This document shows positions 54,701-64,000 of a DNA stretch of 64,000 nucleotides, piece by piece. The DNA comes from the human T2T-CHM13v2.0 reference genome, Homo sapiens. Each line of letters starts with the position of its first letter. Positions within the stretch are counted from its first letter, which is position 1. Under the pieces are notes generated by a model. That model saw nothing but the letters and a program-made list of their open reading frames with translations, made no database searches and was not told where the DNA came from. Location of the stretch: the NCBI RefSeq assembly GCF_009914755.1, contig NC_060925.1, one strand, 5' to 3'. The translations under genes and the position numbers were made by a program.

Positions 54701-57700
54701 CTGTAAGTGGATATTCTGACATCTTGTGGTCTTCGTTGGAAACGGGATTTCTTCTTATTCTGCTAGACAGAAGAATTCTCAGTAACTTCCTTGTGTTGTG
54801 TGTATTCAACTCACAGAGTTGAACGATCCTTTACACAGAGCAGACTTGAAAAACTCTTTTTGTGGAATTTGCAAGTGGAGATTTCAGCCGCTTTGAGGTC
54901 AATGGTAGAAAAGGAAACTATCTTCATATAAAGACTAGACAGAATGATTCTCAGAAAATCTTTTGTGATGTGTGCGTTCAACTCACAGAGTTTAACTTTT
55001 CTTCTCATAGAGCAGTTAGGAAACACTCTGTTTGTAAAGTCTGCAAGTGGATATTCAGACCTCTTTGAGGCCTTCGTTGGAAACGGGATTTCTTCATATT
55101 ATGCTAGACAGAATAATTCTCAGTAACTTCCTTGTGTTGTGTGTATTCAACTCACAGAGTTGAAGGATCCTTTACAGAGAGCAGGCTTGAAACACTCTTT
55201 TTGTCGAATTTGCAAGTGGAGATTTCAGCCGCTTTGAGGTCAATGGTAGAATAGGAAATATCTTCTTATAGAAACTAGACAAAATGATTCTCATGAACTC
55301 CTTTGTAATGTGTGCGTTCAACTCACAGAGTTTAACCTTTCTTTTCATAGAGCAGTTAGGAAACACTCTGTTTTTAAAGTCTGCAAGTGGATATTCAGAC
55401 CTCCTTGAGGCCTTCGTTGGAAACGGGATTTCTTCATATTCTGCTAGACAGAAGAATTCTCAGTAACTTCCTTGTGTTGTGTTTATTCAACTCACAGAGT
55501 TGAATGATCCTTTACACAGAGCAGACTTGAAACACTCTTTTTGTGGAATTTGCAAGTGGAGATTTCAGCCGCTTTGATGTCAATGGTAGAAAAGTAAATA
55601 TCTTCGTATAAAGACTAGACAGAATGATTCTCAGAAACTCCTTTGTGATGTGTGCGTTCAACTCACAGAGTTTAACCTTTCTGTTCATAGAGCAGTTAGG
55701 AAACACTCTGTTTGTAAAGTCTGCAAGTGGATATTCAGACCTCCTTGAGGCCTTCGTTGGAAACGGGATTTCTTCCTATTCTGCTAGACAGAAGAATTCT
55801 CAGTAACTTCCTTGTGTTGTGTGTATTCAACTCACAGAGTTGAACGATCCTTTACACAGAGCAGACTTGAAACACTCTTTTTGTGGAATTTGCAAGTGGA
55901 GATTTCAGCCGCTTTGAGGTCAATAGTAGAAAAGGAAATATCTTCGTAGAAAAACTAGACAGAATGATTCTCAGAAACTCCTTTGTGATGTGTGTGTTCA
56001 ACTCACAGAGTTGAACCTTTCTTTTCATAGAGCAGTTAGTAAACACTCTGTTTATAAAGTCTGCAAGTGGATATTCAGACCCCTTTGAGGCCTTCGTTGG
56101 AAACGGGATTTCTTCATATTCTGCTAGACAGAAGAATTCTCAGTAACTTCCTTGTGTTGTGTGTATTCAACTGACAGAGTTGAACTTTCATTTAGAGAGA
56201 GCAGATTTGAAACACTGTTTTTGTGGAATTTGCAAGTGGAGATTTCAAGCGCTTTGGGGCCAAAGGCAGTAAAGGAAATATCTTCGTATAAAAACTAGAC
56301 AGAATCATTCTCAGAAACTGCTGCGTGATGTGTGCGTTCAACTCTCAGAGTTTAACTTTTCTTTTCATTCAGCGGTTTGGAAACACTCTGTTTGTAAAGT
56401 CTGCACGTGGATATTTTGACCACTTAGAGGCCTTCGTTGGAAACGGGTTTTTTTCATATAAGGCTAGACAGAAGAATTCCCAGTAACTTCCTTGTGTTGT
56501 GTGCATTCAACTCACAGAGTTGAACGTTCCCTTAGACAGAGCAGATTTGAAACACTCTATTTGTGCAATTTCCAAGTGTAGATTTCAAGCGCTTTAAGGT
56601 CAACGGCAGAAAAGGAAATATCTTCGTTTCAAAACTAGACAGAATCATTCCCACAAACTGCGTTGTGATGTGTTCGTTCAACTCACAGAGTTTAACCTTT
56701 CTGTTCATAGAGCAGTTAGGAAACACTCTGTTTGTAAAGTCTGTAAGTGGATATTCTGACATCTTGTGGCCTTCGTTGGAAACGGGATTTCTTCATATTC
56801 TGCTAGACAGAAGAATTCTCAGTAACTTCCTTGTGTTGTGTGTATTCAACTCACAGAGTTGAACGATCCTTTACACAGAGCAGACTTGAAAAACTCTTTT
56901 TGTGGAATTTGCAAGTGGAGATTTCAGCCGCTTTGAGGTCAATGGTAGAAAAGGAAACTATCTTCATATAAAGACTAGACAGAATGATTCTCAGAAAATC
57001 TTTTGTGATGTGTGCGTTCAACTCACAGAGTTTAACTTTTCTTCTCATAGAGCAGTTAGGAAACACTCTGTTTGTAAAGTCTGCAAGTGGATATTCAGAC
57101 CTCTTTGAGGCCTTCGTTGGAAACGGGATTTCTTCATATTATGCTAGACAGAATAATTCTCAGTAACTTCCTTGTGTTGTGTGTATTCAACTCACAGAGT
57201 TGAAGGATCCTTTACAGAGAGCAGGCTTGAAACACTCTTTTTGTCGAATTTGCAAGTGGAGATTTCAGCCGCTTTGAGGTCAATGGTAGAATAGGAAATA
57301 TCTTCTTATAGAAACTAGACAAAATGATTCTCATGAACTCCTTTGTAATGTGTGCGTTCAACTCACAGAGTTTAACCTTTCTTTTCATAGAGCAGTTAGG
57401 AAACACTCTGTTTTTAAAGTCTGCAAGTGGATATTCAGACCTCCTTGAGGCCTTCGTTGGAAACGGGATTTCTTCATATTCTGCTAGACAGAAGAATTCT
57501 CAGTAACTTCCTTGTGTTGTGTTTATTCAACTCACAGAGTTGAATGATCCTTTACACAGAGCAGACTTGAAACACTCTTTTTGTGGAATTTGCAAGTGGA
57601 GATTTCAGCCGCTTTGATGTCAATGGTAGAAAAGTAAATATCTTCGTATAAAGACTAGACAGAATGATTCTCAGAAACTCCTTTGTGATGTGTGCGTTCA

Positions 57701-60700
57701 ACTCACAGAGTTTAACCTTTCTGTTCATAGAGCAGTTAGGAAACACTCTGTTTGTAAAGTCTGCAAGTGGATATTCAGACCTCCTTGAGGCCTTCGTTGG
57801 AAACGGGATTTCTTCCTATTCTGCTAGACAGAAGAATTCTCAGTAACTTCCTTGTGTTGTGTGTATTCAACTCACAGAGTTGAACGATCCTTTACACAGA
57901 GCAGACTTGAAACACTCTTTTTGTGGAATTTGCAAGTGGAGATTTCAGCCGCTTTGAGGTCAATAGTAGAAAAGGAAATATCTTCGTAGAAAAACTAGAC
58001 AGAATGATTCTCAGAAACTCCTTTGTGATGTGTGTGTTCAACTCACAGAGTTGAACCTTTCTTTTCATAGAGCAGTTAGTAAACACTCTGTTTATAAAGT
58101 CTGCAAGTGGATATTCAGACCCCTTTGAGGCCTTCGTTGGAAACGGGATTTCTTCATATTCTGCTAGACAGAAGAATTCTCAGTAACTTCCTTGTGTTGT
58201 GTGTATTCAACTGACAGAGTTGAACTTTCATTTAGAGAGAGCAGATTTGAAACACTGTTTTTGTGGAATTTGCAAGTGGAGATTTCAAGCGCTTTGGGGC
58301 CAAAGGCAGTAAAGGAAATATCTTCGTATAAAAACTAGACAGAATCATTCTCAGAAACTGCTGCGTGATGTGTGCGTTCAACTCTCAGAGTTTAACTTTT
58401 CTTTTCATTCAGCGGTTTGGAAACACTCTGTTTGTAAAGTCTGCACGTGGATATTTTGACCACTTAGAGGCCTTCGTTGGAAACGGGTTTTTTTCATATA
58501 AGGCTAGACAGAAGAATTCCCAGTAACTTCCTTGTGTTGTGTGCATTCAACTCACAGAGTTGAACGTTCCCTTAGACAGAGCAGATTTGAAACACTCTAT
58601 TTGTGCAATTTCCAAGTGTAGATTTCAAGCGCTTTCAGGTCAATGGCAGAAAAGGAAATATCTTCGTTTCAAAACTAGACAGAATCATTCCCACAAACTG
58701 CGTTGTGATGTGTTCGTTCAACTCACAGAGTTTAACCTTTCTGTTCATAGAGCAGTTAGGAAACACTCTGTTTGTAAAGTCTGTAAGTGGATATTCTGAC
58801 ATCTTGTGGCCTTCGTTGGAAACGGGATTTCTTCATATTCTGCTAGACAGAAGAATTCTCAGTAACTTCCTTGTGTTGTGTGTATTCAACTCACAGAGTT
58901 GAACGATCCTTTACACAGAGCAGACTTGAAACACTCTTTTTGTGAAATTTGCAAGTGGAGATTTCAGCCGCTTTGAGGTCAATGGTAGAAAAGGAAACTA
59001 TCTTCATATAAAGACTAGACAGAATGATTCTCAGAAAATCTTTTGTGATGTGTGCGTTCAACTCACAGAGTTTAACTTTTCTTCTCATAGAGCAGTTAGG
59101 AAACACTCTGTTTGTAAAGTCTGCAAGTGGATATTCAGACCTCTTTGAGGCCTTCGTTGGAAACGGGATTTCTTCATATTATGCTAGACAGAATAATTCT
59201 CAGTAACTTCCTTGTGTTGTGTGTATTCAACTCACAGAGTTGAACGATCCTTTACAGAGAGCAGGCTTGAAACACTCTTTTTGTCGAATTTGCAAGTGGA
59301 GATTTCAGCCGCTTTGAGGTCAATGGTAGAATAGGAAATATCTTCTTATAGAAACTAGACAGAATGATTCTCATAAACTCCTTTGTGATGTGTGCGTTCA
59401 ACTCACAGAGTTTAACCTTTCTTTTCATAGAGCAGTTAGGAAACACTCTGTTTGTAAAGTCTGCAAGTGGATATTCAGACCTCCTTGAGGCCTTCGTTGG
59501 AAACGGGATTTCTTCATATTCTGCTAGACAGAAGAATTCTCAGTAACTTCCTTGTGTTGTGTTTATTCAACTCACAGAGTTGAATGATCCTTTACACAGA
59601 GCAGACTTGAAACACTCTTTTTGTGGAATTTGCAAGTGGAGATTTCAGCCGCTTTGAGGTCAATGGTAGAAAAGTAAATATCTTCGTATAAAGACTAGAC
59701 AGAACGATTCTCAGAAACTCCTTTGTGATGTGTGCGTTCAACTCACAGAGTTTAACCTTTCTGTTCATAGAGCAGTTAGGAAACACTCTGTTTGTAAAGT
59801 CTGCAAGTGGATATTCAGACCTCCTTGAGGCCTTCGTTGGAAACGGGATTTCTTCATATTCTGCTAGACAGAAGAATTCTCAGTAACTTCCTTGTGTTGT
59901 GTGTATTCAACTCACAGAGTTGAACGATCCTTTACACAGAGCAGACTTGAAACACTCTTTTTGTGGAATTTGCAAGTGGAGATTTCAGCCGCTTTGAGGT
60001 CAATGGTAGAAAAGGAAATATCTTCGTATAAAGACTAGACAGAATGATTCTCAGAAACTCCTTTGTGATGTGTGCGTTCAACTCACAGAGTTTAACTTTT
60101 CTTTTCATAGAGCAGTTAGGAAACACTCTGTTTGTAAAGTCTGCAAGTGGATATTCAGACCTCTTTGAGGCCTTCGTTGGAAACGGGATTTCTTCATATT
60201 CTGCTAGACAGAAGAATTCTCAGTAACTTCCTTGTGTTGTGTGTATTCAACTCACAGAGTTGAACGATCCTTTACACAGAGCAGACTTGAAACATTCTTT
60301 TTGTGGAATTTGCAAGTGGAGATTTCAGCCGCTTTGAGGTCAATGGTAGAATAGGAAATATCTTCCTATAGAAACTAGACAGAACGATTCTCAGAAACTC
60401 CTTTGTGATGTGTGCGTTCAACTCACAGAGTTTAACCTTTCTTTTCATAGAGCAGTTAGGAAACACTCTGTTTGTAAAGTCTGCAAGTGGATATTCAGAC
60501 CTCTTTGAGGCCTTCGTTGGAAACGGGATTTCTTCATATTCTGCTAGACAGAAGAATTCTCAGTAACTTCCTTGTGTTGTGTGTATTCAACTCACAGAGT
60601 TGAACGATCCTTTACACAGAGCAGACTTGAAACACTCTTTTTGTGGAATTTGCAAGTGGAGATTTCAGCCACTTTGAGGTCAATAGTAGAAAAGTAAATA

Positions 60701-62864
60701 TCTTCGTAGAAAAACTAGACAGAATGATTCTCAGAAACTCCTTTGTGATGTGTGTGTTCAACTCACAGAGTTTAACCTTTCTTTTCATAGAGCAGTTAGG
60801 AAACACTCTGTTTATAAAGTCTGCAAGTGGATATTCAGACCCCTTTGTGGCCTTCGTTGGAAACGGGATTTCTTCATATTATGCTAGACAGAAGAATTCT
60901 CAGTAACTTCCTTGTGTTGTGTGTATTCAACTGACAGAGTTGAACTTTCATTTAGAGAGAGCAGATTTGAAACACTGTTTTTGTGGAATTTGCAAGTGGA
61001 AATTTCAAGCGCTTTGGGGTCAAAGGCAGAAAAGGAAATATCTTCGTATAAAAACTAGACAGAATCATTCTCAGAAACTGCTGCGTGATGTGTGCGTTCA
61101 ACTCTCAGAGTTTAACTTTTCTTTTCATTCAGCGGTTTGGAAACACTCTGTTTGTAAAGTCTGCACGTGGATATTTTGACCACTTAGAGGCCTTCGTTGG
61201 AAACGGGTTTTTTTTCATGTAAGGCTAGACAGAAGAATTCCCAGTAACTTCCTTGTGTTGTGTGCATTCAACTCACAGAGTTGAACGTTCCCTTAGACAG
61301 AGCAGATTTGAAACACTCTATTTGTGCAATTTGCAAGTGTAGATTTCAAGCGCTTTAAGGTCAACGGCAGAAAAGGAAATATCTTCGTTTCAAAACTAGA
61401 CAGAATCATTCCCACAAACTGCGTTGTGATGTGTTCGTTCAACAGACAGAGTTTAACCTTTCTGTTCATAGAGCAGTTAGGAAACACTCTGTTTGTAAAG
61501 TCTGTAAGTGGATATTCAGACCTCCTTGAGGCTTTCGTTGGAAACGGGATTTCTTCATATTCTGCTAGACAGAAGAATTCTCAGTAACTTCCTTGTGTTG
61601 TGTTTATTCAACTCACAGAGTTGAATGATCCTTTACACAGAGCAGACTTGAAACACTCTTTTTGTGGAATTTGCAAGTGGAGATTTCAGCCGCTTTGAGG
61701 TCAATGGTAGAAAAGTAAATATCTTCGTATAAAGACTAGACAGAATGATTCTCAGAAACTCCTTTGTGATGTGTGCGTTCAACTCACAGAGTTTAACCTT
61801 TCTGTTCATAGAGCAGTTAGGAAACACTCTGTTTGTAAAGTCTGCAAGTGGATATTCAGACCTCCTTGAGGCCTTCGTTGGAAACGGGATTTCTTCCTAT
61901 TCTGCTAGACAGAAGAATTCTCAGTAACTTCCTTGTGTTGTGTGTATTCAACTCACAGAGTTGAACGATCCTTTACACAGAGCAGACTTGAAACACTCTT
62001 TTTGTGGAATTTGCAAGTGGAGATTTCAGCCGCTTTGAGGTCAATAGTAGAAAAGGAAATATCTTCGTAGAAAAACTAGACAGAATGATTCTCAGAAACT
62101 CCTTTGTGATGTGTGTGTTCAACTCACAGAGTTTAACCTTTCTTTTCATAGAGCAGTTAGTAAACACTCTGTTTATAAAGTCTGCAAGTGGATATTCAGA
62201 CCCCTTTGAGGCCTTCGTTGGAAACGGGATTTCTTCATATTATGCTAGACAGAAGAATTCTCAGTAACTTCCTTGTGTTGTGTGTATTCAACTGACAGAG
62301 TTGAACTTTCATTTAGAGAGAGCAGATTTGAAACACTGTTTTTGTGGAATTTGCAAGTGGAGATTTCAAGCGCTTTGGGGCCAAAGGCAGTAAAGGAAAT
62401 ATCTTCGTATAAAAACTAGACAGAATCATTCTCAGAAACTGCTGCGTGATGTGTGCGTTCAACTCTCAGAGTTTAACTTTTCTTTTCATTCAGCGGTTTG
62501 GAAACACTCTGTTTGTAAAGTCTGCACGTGGATATTTTGACCACTTAGAGGCCTTCGTTGGAAACGGGTTTTTTTCATATAAGGCTAGACAGAAGAATTC
62601 CCAGTAACTTCCTTGTGTTGTGTGCATTCAACTCACAGAGTTGAACGTTCCCTTAGACAGAGCAGATTTGAAACACTCTATTTGTGCAATTTCCAAGTGT
62701 AGATTTCAAGCGCTTTAAGGTCAACGGCAGAAAAGGAAATATCTTCGTTTCAAAACTAGACAGAATCATTCCCACAAACTGCGTTGTGATGTGTTCGTTC
62801 AACTCACAGAGTTTAACCTTTCTGTTCATAGAGCAGTTAGGAAACACTCTGTTTGTAAAGTCTG
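39776..62864 (+). repeat. Large near-identical duplication, copy 2 (matches ~10552-39414 minus one 5,774 bp unit)
   Basis: Offset is 29,224 (= 23,450 + 5,774) to 10552 onward (deleted box 10559/39783; ORFs 10658/39882) and 23,450 to 16598 onward. Confidence 0.94.
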
Positions 62865-64000
62865 TAAGTGGATATTCTGACATCTTGTGGCCTTCGTTGG
62901 AAACGGGATTTCTTCATATTCTGCTAGACAGAAGAATTCTCAGTAACTTCCTTGTGTTGTGTGTATTCAACTCACAGAGTTGAACGATCCTTTACACAGA
63001 GCAGACTTGAAACACTCTTTTTGTGGAATTTGCAAGTGGAGATTTCAGCCGCTTTGAGGTCAATGGTAGAAAAGGAAACTATCTTCAAATAAAGACTAGA
63101 CAGAATGATTCTCAGAAAATCTTTTGTGATGTGTGCGTTCAACTCACAGAGTTTAACTTTTCTTCTCATAGAGCAGTTAGGAAACACTCTGTTTGTAAAG
63201 TCTGTAAGTGGATATTCTGACATCTTGTGGCCTTCGTTGGAAACGGGATTTCTTCATATTATGCTAGACAGAATAATTCTCAGTAACTTCCTTGTGTTCT
63301 GTGTATTCCACTCACAGAGTTGAACGATCCTTTACAGAGAGCAGGCTTGAAACACTCTTTTTGTCGAATTTGCAAGTGGAGATTTCAGCCGCTTTGAGGT
63401 CAATGGTAGAATAGGAAATATCTTCTTATAGAAACTACACAGAATGATTCTCATAAACTCCTTTGTGATGTGTGCGTTCAACTCACAGAGTTTAACCTTT
63501 CTTTTCATAGAGCAGTTAGGAAACACTCTGTTTGTAAAGTCTGTAAGTGGATATTCTGACATCTTGTGGCCTTCGTTGGAAACGGGATTTCTTCATATTC
63601 TGCTAGACAGAAGAATTCTCAGTAACTTCCTTGTGTTGTGTGTATTCAACTCACAGAGTTGAACGATCCTTTACACAGAGCAGACTTGAAACACTCTTTT
63701 TGTGGAATTTGCAAGTGGAGATTTCAGCCGCTTTGAGGTCAATGGTAGAAAAGGAAACTATCTTCATATAAAGACTAGACAGAATGATTCTCAGAAAATC
63801 TTTTGTGATGTGTGCGTTCAACTCACAGAGTTTAACTTTTCTTCTCATAGAGCAGTTAGGAAACACTCTGTTTGTAAAGTCTGCAAGTGGATATTCAGAC
63901 CTCTTTGAGGCCTTCGTTGGAAACGGGATTTCTTCATATTATGCTAGACAGAATAATTCTCAGTAACTTCCTTGTGTTGTGTGTATTCAACTCACAGAGT

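Larger units (their letters stand above)
1..64000 (+). repeat. Centromeric alpha-satellite array, SF1 (J1/J2 dimeric), ~340 bp dimer period, probably live HOR array S1C1/5/19H1L (D1Z7/D5Z2/D19Z3)
   Basis: Continuous ~340 bp periodicity (ORF starts 121, 461, 801, 1141...) made of two related ~170 bp monomers. Hallmark alphoid motifs are present: ttcaactcacagagtt, gaaacactctttttgt, ctagacagaagaattctcag, and the CENP-B box in every second monomer. The family call is secure; the array and chromosome call rests on recalled similarity to the 'Cen1-like' 340 bp dimer and is less certain. Confidence 0.98.

Noticed and set aside
121-63966. Hundreds of 60-124 aa ORFs on both strands
   Set aside because: They recur at the 340 bp satellite period, overlap in several frames, often use non-ATG starts, and are freely broken by stops and frameshifts. 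They are translations of alpha satellite, not genes.
1-64000. CRISPR-like repeat/spacer array
   Set aside because: There are no unique spacers and no cas genes; the entire unit is repeated.
1-64000. Transposon (L1/Alu) insertion, inversion or non-satellite island
   Set aside because: The 340 bp phase and strand are kept throughout with only 1-4 bp indels; I saw no poly-A tail, target-site duplication or foreign sequence.
1-64000. Definite chromosome assignment or kinetochore (CENP-A / hypomethylated dip) location
   Set aside because: Chr1, chr5 and chr19 share this HOR family and I cannot run an alignment; chromatin state is not readable from sequence.

Overview
The whole 64 kb is one uninterrupted, single-orientation primate (almost certainly human) centromeric alpha-satellite array of suprachromosomal family 1. 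It consists of about 188 dimers of ~340 bp (~376 monomers), with a CENP-B box and usually an EcoRI site once per dimer. The consensus and layout fit the S1C1/5/19H1L live array (D1Z7/D5Z2/D19Z3) from memory; the chromosome is not proven. I see no genes, RNA genes, transposon insertions or inversions, and all listed ORFs are by-products of the repeat. I found no new gene-level biological system. The real signal is the array's history. Higher-order repeat (HOR) units vary in length from 6 to 20 monomers. There is a near-identical ~23 kb duplication with a one-dimer linker at its junction, and a 5,774 bp tandem duplication in only one of the two copies. There are also smaller 0.68, 2.04 and 2.38 kb tandem events, short conversion tracts, a few broken CENP-B boxes, and breakpoints that fall at or just upstream of the CENP-B box. 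All comparisons were made by eye with help from the ORF track, so variant counts are minimums.
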